From Leptolyngbyaceae cyanobacterium (GTDB lineage: Bacteria; Cyanobacteriota; Cyanobacteriia; Phormidesmidales; Phormidesmidaceae), in assembly GCA_965263355.1 (NCBI GenBank), contig CBDHHL010000056.1, positions 2,176,001-2,240,000 on the forward strand: a DNA stretch of 64,000 nucleotides, in the 5' to 3' direction. The position numbers and the translations under genes were made by a program. The first letter of the stretch is position 1, and each line of letters starts with the position of its first letter. Shown here piece after piece: positions 32,757-43,851 of this stretch. Below the pieces are notes generated by a model. That model was not told the origin of the DNA and did not search any database. It saw only the letters and a program-made list of their open reading frames with translations.

Positions 32757-33394
32757 TTACTGCCCTGATGTAATTGACCCTGCCTCAATAAAATAGGCCG
32801 CCTAGGAGCTGATGGAGGCAAAAATCGACAGGGGCGTTGGACCGCCTGATACAGGATTTCTTCGTAAACTTCACTTTCGACAACATACGCACCGAAGCGA
32901 GCCAGATGGGGATTCATCATTTGGGCATCAAAGAGGAGGAAGTTTTGCGATCGCAACCACGCCACCAGCTTCACCATAGCTACCTTTGAACCATCAGGAA
33001 TGGTAAAAAACATCGACTCCCCGATAAATGCGCCACCAAGCACAATCCCTAAAATTCCTCCCGCCAGCTGATCCCCCTGCCAGGCCTCGAAACTATGGGC
33101 ATGCCCTGCTCGGTGCAGCATACGATAGATCGCCTTCAATTCATCCGAAATCCAGGTGGTTTCCCGATTTGCACAGCCCTCAATAACCCCATCAAAATCC
33201 CGATTAAAGGCAGTCTCAAACCGATTTTGGTTCAGTACACGACGCAGTGATTTTGGGAAACGAAACCGATCATCCAACGGAATCAATGCTCGTTTACGGC
33301 TGGAATACCAATTAAGCGTTTGGCAATCGCTATCTGCCATTAAAAAATAGCCCTGGGCATAGCATTGCAAAATGTGGGGAATCGAGTAAGCCAT
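32753..33394 (-). CDS. aat: Leucyl/phenylalanyl-tRNA-protein transferase
   Basis: Y.QGYFLMA, TWIS, AHSFEAW, FIGESMF, SKVAM, NPHLARFGA. Confidence 0.94.
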   Translation of the reverse strand: MAYSIPHILQCYAQGYFLMADSDCQTLNWYSSRKRALIPLDDRFRFPKSLRRVLNQNRFETAFNRDFDGVIEGCANRETTWISDELKAIYRMLHRAGHAHSFEAWQGDQLAGGILGIVLGGAFIGESMFFTIPDGSKVAMVKLVAWLRSQNFLLFDAQMMNPHLARFGAYVVESEVYEEILYQAVQRPCRFLPPSAPRRPILLRQGQLHQGSK

Positions 33395-33518
33395 AGTAGC
33401 TAAGACAGCAGGGACACTCCCGTTACATTCTTCAAACCCTCTCCCTACCGTAGCCTAAAAAAACTTACCCTAAAAGAACCAAGCATCCAAAAATATAGGT
33501 ATTGCCGCAGCATCCCCT

Positions 33519-33848
33519 ATGCCTGAACCGATTCCATCCGTCACGTTACCACCTGCTCAAAATCCATACCAGGAAGGCGAATGGCTAAGAGCATCACTGC
33601 AACAGTGGTTAGATACCGAATTTTTACCAGAAGCCGTAAATCAGGACATCGCCCAGCGCGCCTCCCAAGTGTTTATCCGGCAACGCATGGAAGGGGAAAA
33701 TGAATTGATTCCTCTAGTCATGGCCATTTTGATCGAAATGCAAGCCTTCGATTTCTCCAAAAGTTTCTACAGTGAGTTTTCAGTTGCCAATGCTGTCGGT
33801 GATTTATTGCTAGATAGCCTGGGCATTGATCGCTGCTGCGGAGCATAG
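33519..33848 (+). CDS. Conserved hypothetical protein
   Basis: 109-aa ORF with WLDTEFLPE and EFSVANAV segments and terminal CC. Confidence 0.7.
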   Translation: MPEPIPSVTLPPAQNPYQEGEWLRASLQQWLDTEFLPEAVNQDIAQRASQVFIRQRMEGENELIPLVMAILIEMQAFDFSKSFYSEFSVANAVGDLLLDSLGIDRCCGA

Positions 33849-33851
33849 AAT

Positions 33852-34757
33852 ATGCTTTGGTTAGCCCTTGCCAGCGGCACCGCCCTATGCGAAGCCCTAA
33901 AGGATGCCACTGGGAAACAGGCGCTAAAATCCTTAGATGAATATTCAGTTTTATTAGGCTTTACCAGCGTTGGAGCCCTGTTCATGGCCACACTGATGCT
34001 GGTAACTGGCGGCGTACCGACCTTAGGACCTGATTTTGGGCTGGCACTGCTGATCGGGGGAGGATTAAATATTTTGGCCTTCACCCTTTACACTAAGGCA
34101 ATCAAAATTGCCGATCTGTCATTGACAGTACCGTTAGTCACCTTAACGCCCCTCTTTCTGCTGGTGACCTCTCCAATTATCGTTGACGAATGGCCTACCG
34201 GACTCGATGCTATGGGTGTGCTGTTGCTCATTGTGGGGTCCTATCTGCTCAATCTAAAACCAAGTGATGGGTTCACCCTGGCCCCCTTAAAGGCACTGAT
34301 GACCAATCCAGGTAGTCGAATGATGCTGGGTGTTGCCTTTTTATGGAGCATCACCTCAAACTTTGATAAGGTTGGCACCCTAAATTCATCATCTCTATTT
34401 TGGGGCATGTCGCTGTTTGGCACCATCGCCATGGGTATGGTGCCATTTGTGATCAGACAGGTTTGGCAGCAGGGAACAGGTTCAGTGTTTGGGAAGATGC
34501 GAACTGATAAGTTGGCAAACGTGCGATCTCAAGCACCATTCATCATACTTGCAGGCCTATTCAATGCCACTGGCATCAGCTTACAGTTTGTCGCCTTGAC
34601 GATGGCTCCAGTAGCCCAAGTCGTCGCCGTCAAGCGTATGAGTGCCTTAATTTCAGTTGGGTTTGGCTATGCTCTATTTGGTGAAACAGAACTACGAGAG
34701 CGCCTGCTAGGGGCAGCCATTATGGTCAGTGGTGTCGCCATTATGGCTATCGATTAA
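33852..34757 (+). CDS. EamA/DMT family transporter
   Basis: About 10 TM helices, DLSLTVPLVTLTPLF, KRMS...LFGE. Confidence 0.88.
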   Translation: MLWLALASGTALCEALKDATGKQALKSLDEYSVLLGFTSVGALFMATLMLVTGGVPTLGPDFGLALLIGGGLNILAFTLYTKAIKIADLSLTVPLVTLTPLFLLVTSPIIVDEWPTGLDAMGVLLLIVGSYLLNLKPSDGFTLAPLKALMTNPGSRMMLGVAFLWSITSNFDKVGTLNSSSLFWGMSLFGTIAMGMVPFVIRQVWQQGTGSVFGKMRTDKLANVRSQAPFIILAGLFNATGISLQFVALTMAPVAQVVAVKRMSALISVGFGYALFGETELRERLLGAAIMVSGVAIMAID

Positions 34758-34870
34758 AGATTCAGCTATCTCGCCGATTTTGATTGCACTATAGGTATAT
34801 ACACTCGATACACTCAATGTTGCGATAGAATAGCTTCTATAAATTTAAGTGTCTGTGCTGGAGACTCCCG

Positions 34871-34987
34871 ATGCTGACTCTAAAGATCGTTGTATACGTG
34901 ACCGTTTTCTTCTTTGTAGGCCTATTTATTTTTGGTTTCCTCAACGGCGACCCCGCTCGGAATCCTGGCCGTCAAGATATGGAATAA
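34871..34987 (+). CDS. psbI: Photosystem II protein PsbI (not in ORF track)
   Basis: [38 protein letters not shown]. Confidence 0.96.
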   Translation: MLTLKIVVYVTVFFFVGLFIFGFLNGDPARNPGRQDME

Positions 34988-35033
34988 TTCCTGCCATACG
35001 CTAAGTCCGAAAGAGTTCCAATGAATTTTGATC

Positions 35034-35066
35034 AGGCTCCTTGGCTAGCCCAGCTAAGGAGCTTTT
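35034..35066 (+). terminator. Terminator after psbI
   Basis: GCTCCTTGGCT...AGCTAAGGAGC then TTTT. Confidence 0.65.
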
Positions 35067-35163
35067 AATACGGGTCAGTTTTACCCAGAAGGACTGTTTC
35101 GACGCTTGTGTTCATGAGGGTTAGCCTTAGTCAGCTGACCATTGGCCGTTTTTAACAATATCC

Positions 35164-37704
35164 ATGGCCCCAATCGATTTACCTCCTGAACCTTCATTAC
35201 ATCAGTTATCTACGGTCTCCATCAGCACAGTTTCACCTAAAACGAAGCACAGCGGGACTCAACACTCACTTACCCATCATTATTCTGCGCCTAGTCACTC
35301 GCAAGATCGTGTCTTAGCACCTGTTTTTTCCCCCAGGAGTCTTATTCCTGCTGGACAGCTGTCAGCTCCTAGTTCTGACGATTTCTCAAAACCTAATCTG
35401 GCTCAATTGCCAATTCTGCCTTCAGAAACCGATACAGCTCCGGCTGCAATTGATGAAGAAACCCTAGATACTGTCAACGACACCATTGATGAGCTATCAG
35501 ATTCAGAAACGATTGACGCCATCGATGAGCTGTCAGATACAGAAATGATTGAAACAATTGAACCGGCAAATATAGAAGCCATCGAACCGCTAATAGACAC
35601 CGGAGAAATCGAATCGGAAGCTGTAGACCTCGATCATGCCAATCCAGACGACATCATAGAGTTAGAGGCGATCGATTTAAACGAAGTAGAACCAGGTGAT
35701 TTAGACGCCATCGATCAAGTTCCTGACACTTTAGAAGAATTAGAAGAAACTGATTTAGACGCCATTACGTCAGATGAATCTACTACATCGACTGACTCCG
35801 ATGCATCCAACTCAGCTGTAGAGTTCCCTACGGCAGATACCGCTACTCCATTAGATCCCTCAAAGTTAGAGATCACGGCTGACACACAAATATTTAACTC
35901 CGATAGGCAAGTGGTCATTGCTCGGGGCAATGTGGTCTTCAAGCTCAATAACGCTTTTCTGCTAGCCGATGAACTATGGGTCAACCTAGTCAACCGCTAT
36001 GTGTTGGCCGAGGGGAATGTGATTCTGACTAGTGGCGAACAAGAAGTCCGAGGTGAGCGGGCTGAATATAATCTGCTACAGGAAGCTGGCACTATTTTTG
36101 AAACACGAGGAGAACTTTTTTTCCCAGACCTGGAAGACGATTTTGCGTCGCCCACAGAAGGCAATCTTACGAGTCGAACGGTTTTTGATCCCCTTAATCC
36201 TGATTCAGATATCGCCAATGTCAGAGGTACAGGTGGTTTTGCCGTCAGTTCAGAGATTAGAGATAATACCCCTGGATCATTTCCAGAAGGTGAGGGAGGC
36301 ATTAAACGCCTGCGCTTTGAAGCGGCTCGCGTTAACTTCGATGCCGAAACTTGGGTTGCAGAGGAAGTACGCTTAACCAATGATCCCTTTTCTCCACCCG
36401 AGGTAGAATTCCGCACTGACCGGATGACCCTAGTCAGTTTATCGCCCACAGCAGATTTACTGACTACAGAAGATCCTCGGCTGGTATTTGATCAAGGGCT
36501 AGCTTTACCATTATTTAAGTCAAGATATATCCTGAATCGTGGCGCTGCTGATTCAAGGCAAATTATTCCTTTTGGCATAAATATTGGTAGCGATTCTCAA
36601 GATCGCGGTGGGCTGTTTGTGGAAAGTGAATTTTCCATCGTTCGCAATGCATTCACTAACCTTAGTGTTACTCCTCAATATTTTGTCGAGCGCGCATCCA
36701 ATCAGGGAGCAACGGATCTAGATGTCTTTGGGATTGAGGTTGACTTTGATACTCGTCTATCGCCTACATCCGACCTCTCTGCTCGGGCTACATTAACTAG
36801 CTTCAATTTAAATCAGATTGACGACAATCTCCGTGGCTATATTCGCAATCGTTATCTCATTGGCAAACATAAGCTCACTGCAGAGTATAGCTATCGCGAT
36901 CGCTTTTTTAATGGCAGTCTGGGGTTTCAAGATGTCCAATCTAGCGTTGGCGCATTACTCCTCTCACCACCCGTTAATTTAGATGGTCGTGGTCTGATTT
37001 GGACGTATCAAATTGATGGCCGGTTAATCAGATCAAGAACTGACCGCATTGATCTTCTCGGTAGACCCAGACGGGGAGGAGACGAGGATTTGATTACCCT
37101 GGGTCGAGTACAAGCTAGCACACGCTTACGGAAAAGGTTTAATCTGTGGCGTGGTAAACCTTTAGCTGCCACCCAGGATAAAGGTTTACGCTATAGCCCA
37201 GTCCCCCTAGTGCCTAATTTAAACCTAACCCTTAATTTAGTGGGTGTTGGCGCATACTACACAAGTGACGAACTAACAACAGAACTCTCTGGAGATATCC
37301 GGTTAGACGGACAGTTCGGACATTTGTCTAAGAATTTTTTTGACTACACCCGTTTTAATATTGGATATTCTGAAGACATCGTGTCTGATGACCGTTCTCC
37401 ATTTTTGTTTGATCGAGATGTTGATCGACGAGTGCTTAGCTTTGGTATCTTACAGCAAATTATTGGCCCCTTTTTATTAGGGTTTCAAACCTCTATCAAC
37501 ATCAACACCAGGAAAGAAATTAATACTGATATCATCCTCCAGTATAGTCGTCGCACCTATGGAATAGTTGCCCGCTATAGTCCTACCCGAGAAACTGGCT
37601 CTATAGGATTTAGACTGAGCGATTTTAACTGGCTTGGTAGCGGCAGCCCTTTTGATGAACCGAATATTCGTCAGGTAGAGAATGGTTTAGCAGAACAGCG
37701 TTGA
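35164..37704 (+). CDS. DUF3769/LptD-like outer-membrane protein
   Basis: OstA-like ADTQ...ARGNV, NDPFSPPE, YRDRFFNGSLGFQDVQSS, YSRRTYG; acidic low-complexity N-terminus; downstream of psbI. Confidence 0.8.
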   Translation: MAPIDLPPEPSLHQLSTVSISTVSPKTKHSGTQHSLTHHYSAPSHSQDRVLAPVFSPRSLIPAGQLSAPSSDDFSKPNLAQLPILPSETDTAPAAIDEETLDTVNDTIDELSDSETIDAIDELSDTEMIETIEPANIEAIEPLIDTGEIESEAVDLDHANPDDIIELEAIDLNEVEPGDLDAIDQVPDTLEELEETDLDAITSDESTTSTDSDASNSAVEFPTADTATPLDPSKLEITADTQIFNSDRQVVIARGNVVFKLNNAFLLADELWVNLVNRYVLAEGNVILTSGEQEVRGERAEYNLLQEAGTIFETRGELFFPDLEDDFASPTEGNLTSRTVFDPLNPDSDIANVRGTGGFAVSSEIRDNTPGSFPEGEGGIKRLRFEAARVNFDAETWVAEEVRLTNDPFSPPEVEFRTDRMTLVSLSPTADLLTTEDPRLVFDQGLALPLFKSRYILNRGAADSRQIIPFGINIGSDSQDRGGLFVESEFSIVRNAFTNLSVTPQYFVERASNQGATDLDVFGIEVDFDTRLSPTSDLSARATLTSFNLNQIDDNLRGYIRNRYLIGKHKLTAEYSYRDRFFNGSLGFQDVQSSVGALLLSPPVNLDGRGLIWTYQIDGRLIRSRTDRIDLLGRPRRGGDEDLITLGRVQASTRLRKRFNLWRGKPLAATQDKGLRYSPVPLVPNLNLTLNLVGVGAYYTSDELTTELSGDIRLDGQFGHLSKNFFDYTRFNIGYSEDIVSDDRSPFLFDRDVDRRVLSFGILQQIIGPFLLGFQTSININTRKEINTDIILQYSRRTYGIVARYSPTRETGSIGFRLSDFNWLGSGSPFDEPNIRQVENGLAEQR

Positions 37705-37990
37705 CCCCCTACGTACTTTGAATGCACAGCCCATAGATTTATTCTCAGCTCAACAAAGTTTAAAGACCGCATCAAGAATATATTTCTAAGGTTAAAGTTA
37801 AGAACCGTAGGGGAATATCTAAACCTGTCAATATTGTTTTCCAAATGTATTAGGAAATTGTTACTTAAACGATGAATTAAACCTTGTCCATGTCCAGAAC
37901 GGTCGTTCTTCCGTAGAAGAACCGACAAGTTTTAACTTAGACGTGGTTTAGCTAATAGCTAGTCATTTGGGCTAAGGGTAGGTAAATATT

Positions 37991-38587
37991 ATGGCATCAG
38001 AACTAGAACGAGAAGCAAAACAGGCCATTGCGCTGATTAAGTCCTTTAGCCTGGAACTAGAGCACTACAGTCCTGAAAGCCAAGTACTCTATTGGCTTAA
38101 CCAGTATCGCGCGGCTTGGATTAGAGACGCCGTCATTGAGGCGGTTTATCAAGGGCGTTACAAAATTATCTCCGTTGCCCACCTGCTTGATCTGTGGAAA
38201 CGACGTGGTCAACCCGTTTGCCACTTTACTTCAGGCTTTGAGCAAGTGATTTCAGCCCAACTTGGCACTCCACTACATTTGTCCCCATCAATGATGTCTC
38301 ACGCCCCAAAGCCAGCTGAAGCAATTGGCAAGAGTGACATTTCTGCAAGAAGCTACGGAGACTATCTAGGCTTATCAATAGATTCATTTCCTGTAGCAGA
38401 TACAAATGATTTAGTTGAAGTGTATCAAGCTAACGGATCTCGTCAAAAATGGGTAGACAATCCAGACACATCAAACATCCAGTCTGAGAAAAGAAGCCAT
38501 ACCTCAGATTATATAATTCTGGGCAAATCATCACCCATTGAACCCTTTCGTCCTACTCTCCGTCAAAAGCATTTGTCTAGGCGCTAA
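37991..38587 (+). CDS. ftn6: Ftn6-like cell division protein (DnaD-like N-terminal domain)
   Basis: WL..Y...WIRDAVIEAVYQGRYKIISV..LL.LW.RRGQP. Confidence 0.72.
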   Translation: MASELEREAKQAIALIKSFSLELEHYSPESQVLYWLNQYRAAWIRDAVIEAVYQGRYKIISVAHLLDLWKRRGQPVCHFTSGFEQVISAQLGTPLHLSPSMMSHAPKPAEAIGKSDISARSYGDYLGLSIDSFPVADTNDLVEVYQANGSRQKWVDNPDTSNIQSEKRSHTSDYIILGKSSPIEPFRPTLRQKHLSRR

Positions 38588-39089
38588 CGTCACCCAGTCG
38601 AATTTCGGAACAAAAGGACGCCATGGTTTGGCCTGCGTCTCCGCTGACAATATTAGTGCGCATTCTGAGCCTCTCAGTAATAAACCACCAGCGCTCCTCA
38701 GATCGTCGTCCATTGAATTCTGTGACTATGGTCAACACTTCATTTTCAAATCGATACTGACTAACTTGAAGGGCTGCATTGCCATCGGTCTGACTGAATA
38801 ATTTACCACTAGTGTCATCGGTTGGGATCCCTACCAGCAATGTTGATTGGTTACGCGTCTGTCCCCCTAAGATCGTACTTTTCTGGACAATCCGTAGACC
38901 ACCGATCGCTTCTGCTGGAGTCCAATCACATTGATCACAAAGCTGAACAATAGCATCGGCATTGGTGTCAAGGTAAGTCACCTCTAAATCTGATTTACCG
39001 GCCTTTGAGCTACCCGCCTTTAAATAGTGGGTGGTGCGCTGCGAAAACCATCGTCCACTTTGCTTTTTAAAAAAGTTCACATTCTGCAT
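38577..39089 (-). CDS. Phycobiliprotein lyase, CpcS/CpcU/CpeS family
   Basis: FF..SGRWFSQRTTH, SEERWWF...LRMRT, ASFCSEIRLG. Confidence 0.88.
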   Translation of the reverse strand: MQNVNFFKKQSGRWFSQRTTHYLKAGSSKAGKSDLEVTYLDTNADAIVQLCDQCDWTPAEAIGGLRIVQKSTILGGQTRNQSTLLVGIPTDDTSGKLFSQTDGNAALQVSQYRFENEVLTIVTEFNGRRSEERWWFITERLRMRTNIVSGDAGQTMASFCSEIRLGDVSA

Positions 39090-39289
39090 AAATAGGTCTG
39101 AATGGAGTGACACATGGGGCCACAATTCGTTATCTGCCTTTAAGTTTACGCTGTGACGCCCCCTTCAAAATCATCAGTTCACTGGCCACAACCTATGGAA
39201 GCCAGACGTATCCAATGATCGAGAGCAATTCGCAATGATAAGCTAACAAATGCGAATTTAAAACCCTTTTAGTCTGTGGTGAAATTTCA

Positions 39290-40354
39290 ATGACCCAACC
39301 TGATCAAACGCCCTACTTGTTAAGAGCCGCCAAGGGCGAAATCTTGGATCGACCACCGGTCTGGATGATGCGTCAGGCGGGTCGATACATGAAGATATAT
39401 CGCGATTTACGAGAGAAATATCCATCCTTCCGCGAACGTTCTGAGAACCCAGAACTTGCTATTGAGATTTCACTGCAGCCCTGGCGAGCCTTTCGGCCTG
39501 ATGGTGTGATTATGTTTTCAGACATTTTGACTCCCTTACCGGGCATGGGCATATCCTTTGACATTGTAGAAAGCAAGGGCCCCATCATTGAGCCCGCAAT
39601 TCGCACCCAAGCGCAAATCGATGCTCTGCGTCCACTGAACCCTGAAGCAGATTTACCCTTTATTCGTCAGATTTTAACTACCCTGCGACAGGAAGTAGGC
39701 AATGCATCGACAGTACTCGGTTTTGTTGGATCTCCTTGGACACTAGCGGCTTATGCTGTCGAAGGTAAAAGCTCTAAGAACTACTCTGTGATTAAGGGCA
39801 TGGCCTTCTCTGAGCCCAAGATGCTGCATCAGCTTTTGAGCCACTTAGCAGACGGCATCGCGACCTATGTGCGCTATCAAATTGACTGTGGTGCTCAGGT
39901 AGTCCAACTATTTGATTCTTGGGCAGGTCAGCTCAGTCCTGAAGACTATCGTACATTTGCGCTGCCTTATCAACAGCAGGTAGTACGCCAGGTTAAAGAA
40001 ACTCACCCTGATACCCCCATCATCCTTTACATCAGTGGCAGTGCCGGTGTCCTAGAATTAATGGGAGAGTCTGGCGTAGATATTATTAGCCTCGACTGGA
40101 CGGTTGATATGGCCGATGGCCGACGACGGCTAGGTCCCAATATGAAGGTGCAGGGCAATGTTGACCCTGGGGTCTTGTTTGGTTCGAAGGATTTTATTCG
40201 CGATCGCATCCTCGACACCGTCCGCAAAGCAGGTCGAGGCGGCCACATTTTGAATCTTGGTCACGGCATTCTTCCGGGCACTCCCGAAGAAAATGCAGCC
40301 CATTTCTTTGAAACAGCCAAACGAATTGAAGAGTTAATGGCAGTTCCAGCTTAA
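39290..40354 (+). CDS. hemE: Uroporphyrinogen decarboxylase
   Basis: [32 protein letters not shown]. Confidence 0.97.
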   Translation: MTQPDQTPYLLRAAKGEILDRPPVWMMRQAGRYMKIYRDLREKYPSFRERSENPELAIEISLQPWRAFRPDGVIMFSDILTPLPGMGISFDIVESKGPIIEPAIRTQAQIDALRPLNPEADLPFIRQILTTLRQEVGNASTVLGFVGSPWTLAAYAVEGKSSKNYSVIKGMAFSEPKMLHQLLSHLADGIATYVRYQIDCGAQVVQLFDSWAGQLSPEDYRTFALPYQQQVVRQVKETHPDTPIILYISGSAGVLELMGESGVDIISLDWTVDMADGRRRLGPNMKVQGNVDPGVLFGSKDFIRDRILDTVRKAGRGGHILNLGHGILPGTPEENAAHFFETAKRIEELMAVPA

Positions 40355-40388
40355 TGCTAAGCCTAGCTCAACAGTTGGAAACCATAGT

Positions 40389-40418
40389 CTATGGCCCCTT
40401 TGCCGGGGCCATAGTTTT
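40389..40418 (+). terminator. Terminator after hemE
   Basis: CTATGGCCCC-TTTGCC-GGGGCCATAG-TTTT. Confidence 0.75.
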
Positions 40419-40521
40419 CTGAAGATTTTGAAAAATTTCCTCAGCAGAGCATCACACTAGCTGTCATAACTGTTACACAAAGTAATAGTATATATACTCA
40501 AATATCCTGCCCAATCAAACC

Positions 40522-41520
40522 GTGAGTCAACTGGCACAATTCATCAACCCATCGCCCCAAAGAATTTTTATTACTGGTGCCAGCGGCTGTATTGGCCATT
40601 ATGTGCTTGAAAGCCTCCTTGCAAATACCAATCACGAGCTTTTTCTTCTCCTACGTAATCCATGTAAACTGCAACTTGACATTAACAAACAGTCCAGGGT
40701 TCATATACTACAAGGTGATATTCGCGAAATTGAGCAGTTTGCCGACTTAATAGTCACCATGGACAGTGCTATCCTCATCGCCACATCTTGGGGGGGAGCA
40801 CCTGCTATTTATGACGTTAATGTCACTGGCAATTTAAGGCTGATGGAGCTACTTGATCCTGAACGCATTCAACAAGTAATCTACTTTTCGACAGCTAGCA
40901 TCTTAGACCGACAAAACCGACCTTTAAAAGAAGCCGGACAGGTCTCTTTTGACTACATTCGTAGTAAACATCAATGCCATCAAAAACTTAGAGCCTTGGC
41001 AATTTTTCCAAAAATCACTACTCTCTTCCCCACACTAGTTTTTGGTGGTGATACCAATAAACCCTATTCCCATATATCAAGTGGGTTGCCCGAAGTCACT
41101 AAGTGGATTGATCTCATACGCTTTTTCCGTGCAGATGGCACCCTGCATTTTATTCATGCTAAGGACATTGCAACGGTTGTCACCTATTTAGTAGATCACG
41201 CGCCCAAAGCTGATGAGTCACGGGAACTTGTATTGGGTAATCCTGCACTCGCCGTTAATGAAGCAGTTGCTGAGGTCAGCCATTACCTAGGCCGATCAAT
41301 TTATTTTCAGATTCCGCTAACCCAAGGTCTAATAGACTTTTTTATTAAGCTTTTCAATGTCCGTATGGAAGACTGGGATCGGTTTTGTTTAAAGTATCGT
41401 CATTTTACTTATCAAAACCCCCTGACCCCTATCAACTTTGGCATAGACACTTACTGTGCTACTGTTGCTGAGCTATTTCAAGCCACTGGCATCGAATCAA
41501 AGCAAAGAAAAACACGCTAG
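40522..41520 (+). CDS. NAD-dependent epimerase/dehydratase family protein
   Basis: ITGASGCIG, YFSTASIL, YIRSK; follows hemE. Confidence 0.88.
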   Translation: MSQLAQFINPSPQRIFITGASGCIGHYVLESLLANTNHELFLLLRNPCKLQLDINKQSRVHILQGDIREIEQFADLIVTMDSAILIATSWGGAPAIYDVNVTGNLRLMELLDPERIQQVIYFSTASILDRQNRPLKEAGQVSFDYIRSKHQCHQKLRALAIFPKITTLFPTLVFGGDTNKPYSHISSGLPEVTKWIDLIRFFRADGTLHFIHAKDIATVVTYLVDHAPKADESRELVLGNPALAVNEAVAEVSHYLGRSIYFQIPLTQGLIDFFIKLFNVRMEDWDRFCLKYRHFTYQNPLTPINFGIDTYCATVAELFQATGIESKQRKTR

Positions 41521-41616
41521 ACTGTGTAACGCAGTAAATATGAATGAGGCTTATGCTGTAGAGGTAAATGTTTGACCTCAGTATTTACCGCCCCAGTTCA
41601 AAAATGATTTTGTGAG

Positions 41617-41645
41617 AAGTGGGACTTCAAGGCCCACTTTTTATT
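41617..41645 (+). promoter_or_regulatory. rimP leader hairpin
   Basis: AAGTGGG...CCCACTTTTT just upstream of rimP. Confidence 0.6.
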
Positions 41646-41667
41646 TTGTTTAATTTATCAAGTATTT

Positions 41668-42138
41668 ATGGCCCATCCTGTTATCCCACAGGTTCTTGAA
41701 ATAGCCATTCCCATTGCCTCCGACTTGGGATTAGAGGTGGTGGGCGCGGTTTTTCAAACCAACCATAATCCCCCGGTTTTGCGTGTTGACGTCCGCAACC
41801 AAACTCAGGAAGATACAAGTTTAGAAGACTGTGAACACATGAGCATTGCCCTGGGTGAGGCATTAGAAACCTCCGATACCTTACCAGATGCATACGTCCT
41901 TGAAGTGTCTAGTCCCGGAGTTTCTGACCAGCTCAAAACTGATCGTGATTTCCTTGTTTTTAAGGGGTTTAGCATCGAAGTTACACTCCACACACCCCAT
42001 AAGGGCAAAAAAGTGTGGGTAGGCACTCTTCTAGAACGCTCAGATAGTAAATTAGCAATTAGCCAACGGGGGCGTCGCGTTGCCTTACCCAGTGAGTTAG
42101 TAGAGACAGTTCAGCTTAGCAATCACTCAGACATATGA
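41668..42138 (+). CDS. rimP: Ribosome maturation factor RimP
   Basis: LEDCE..S, AYVLEVSSPG; first gene of the nusA-infB operon. Confidence 0.95.
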   Translation: MAHPVIPQVLEIAIPIASDLGLEVVGAVFQTNHNPPVLRVDVRNQTQEDTSLEDCEHMSIALGEALETSDTLPDAYVLEVSSPGVSDQLKTDRDFLVFKGFSIEVTLHTPHKGKKVWVGTLLERSDSKLAISQRGRRVALPSELVETVQLSNHSDI

Positions 42139-42272
42139 CCCAGGTGTCGAATACCTACTAGCCAAACGAGGCCTGAGCCAATACCACGCACGCTAAGATA
42201 TCAGGCTTAAATAAGCATCATTCTTATTATTTTATTCGTACGGAAACCATTTGTTTCAGGAGAAGAGAGCCC

Positions 42273-43601
42273 ATGTCAATGGTTAGTCTGCCAAGCCTAC
42301 AAGAGATGATTGAAGGTATTAGCCGCGAACGTAATCTACCTCGTTCTGCCGTAGAACAGGCATTGAGAGAAGCTTTACTCAAAGGCTACGAACGATATCG
42401 CCGCACTCGACGTATGGATGGCGCTCAATTTGATGAAGATTATTTTGACAATTTCTCAGTGGAGTTAGATCCGGAAGAAGAAGGTTTTAGGGTCTTATCC
42501 AGCAAAATGATCGTCGAAGCAGTGGAAAACCCTGACCATCAAATTTCTTTGGCTGAAGTGGTGGAAGTTGCACCAGAAGCACAGATCGGCGACGAAGTTG
42601 TCCTTGATGTCACGCCAGAACAAAAGGACTTTGGTCGCATGGCAGCCATTCAAACCAAACAGGTTCTCGCTCAAAAATTACGGGATCAGCAACGACGGCT
42701 CATTCAGGAAGAGTTTCAGGATTTGGAAGGCACTATCTTACAGGCAAGGGTGCTGCGATTTGAGCGTCAGTCAGTCATCATGGCCGTCAGCAGCGGTGTA
42801 GGTCAGCCTGATGTAGAGGCAGAACTGCTCAAGCGAGACCAGTTGCCCAATGATAACTATCGAGCCAATGCCACATTCCGTGTAGCGCTTAAAAAAGTCT
42901 CAGAAGGCTCCCACCGTGGCCCACAGTTACTGGTTTCTCGTGCCGATGCCAGCTTAGTCGTTGAACTATTCTCGAATGAAGTTCCTGAAATTGAGGACGA
43001 AGTTGTCCGTATTGTCGCTGTAGCACGCGAAGCCAATCCCCCATCACGCTCAGTCGGACCAAGGACCAAAATTGCCGTTGATACCCTGGAACGAGATGTT
43101 GATCCTGTGGGGGCTTGCATTGGTGCCCGAGGGTCTCGTATTCAAGTTGTTGTCAACGAATTGCGCGGTGAAAAAATTGACGTTATTCGCTGGTCTCCAG
43201 ACCCAGCGACTTATATTGCCAATGCCCTCAGTCCCGCCAGAGTTGACGAGGTACGACTCATGAATCCTGAAGATCGTCAAGCCCATGTCTTAGTCCCTGA
43301 AGATCAACTTAGTTTAGCCATTGGCAAGGAAGGCCAGAACGTGCGACTCGCGGCCCGTCTTACTGGCTGGAAAATCGACATCAAAGATTCAGCCAAGTAC
43401 GATTACGAAGCTGAAGATGAAAAAGTACGTGCCCAGATGGAGGCAAAACGTCAGCAGGAAGAAGAGGCAGCAGCAGCCCTAGCTGCTCAGATGGAGGCGA
43501 TCAAAGCTGCAAATCTTGCTGCTGCTGCGCAAAAAGCTTCAGAAGATACAGAGGCCCTTGAAGCTGGCACGTATGAGGAACCAATATACGAGGAGGAATA
43601 G
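42273..43601 (+). CDS. nusA: Transcription termination factor NusA
   Basis: FGRMAAIQTKQ, DPVGACIGARGSR, LSLAIGKEGQNVRLAARLTGWKIDIK. Confidence 0.97.
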   Translation: MSMVSLPSLQEMIEGISRERNLPRSAVEQALREALLKGYERYRRTRRMDGAQFDEDYFDNFSVELDPEEEGFRVLSSKMIVEAVENPDHQISLAEVVEVAPEAQIGDEVVLDVTPEQKDFGRMAAIQTKQVLAQKLRDQQRRLIQEEFQDLEGTILQARVLRFERQSVIMAVSSGVGQPDVEAELLKRDQLPNDNYRANATFRVALKKVSEGSHRGPQLLVSRADASLVVELFSNEVPEIEDEVVRIVAVAREANPPSRSVGPRTKIAVDTLERDVDPVGACIGARGSRIQVVVNELRGEKIDVIRWSPDPATYIANALSPARVDEVRLMNPEDRQAHVLVPEDQLSLAIGKEGQNVRLAARLTGWKIDIKDSAKYDYEAEDEKVRAQMEAKRQQEEEAAAALAAQMEAIKAANLAAAAQKASEDTEALEAGTYEEPIYEEE

Positions 43602-43602
43602 G

Positions 43603-43851
43603 ATGCCCCCCAACTACCGACGCTGTGTAAGTTGTCGTAGAATAGCTCATCGCAATCAGTTGCTAAGAGTAGTCCGCACGTATCCAACCGGCAAAGTCCA
43701 GCTTAATCATGGAATGGGGCGTTCTGCTTATCTGTGTCCTCAATCAGATTGCTTAAGCTCAGCTTATAAAAAGAATCGTCTCGGGCGTTCACTAAAAACG
43801 TCGATTCCAGAGATGATTTACGAGCAATTACAGCGGCAAATCCAGGCCTAA
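43603..43851 (+). CDS. ylxR: YlxR (DUF448) family RNA-binding protein
   Basis: RRCVSCR, GRSAYLCP; between nusA and infB; ATG at 43603. Confidence 0.9.
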   Translation: MPPNYRRCVSCRRIAHRNQLLRVVRTYPTGKVQLNHGMGRSAYLCPQSDCLSSAYKKNRLGRSLKTSIPEMIYEQLQRQIQA

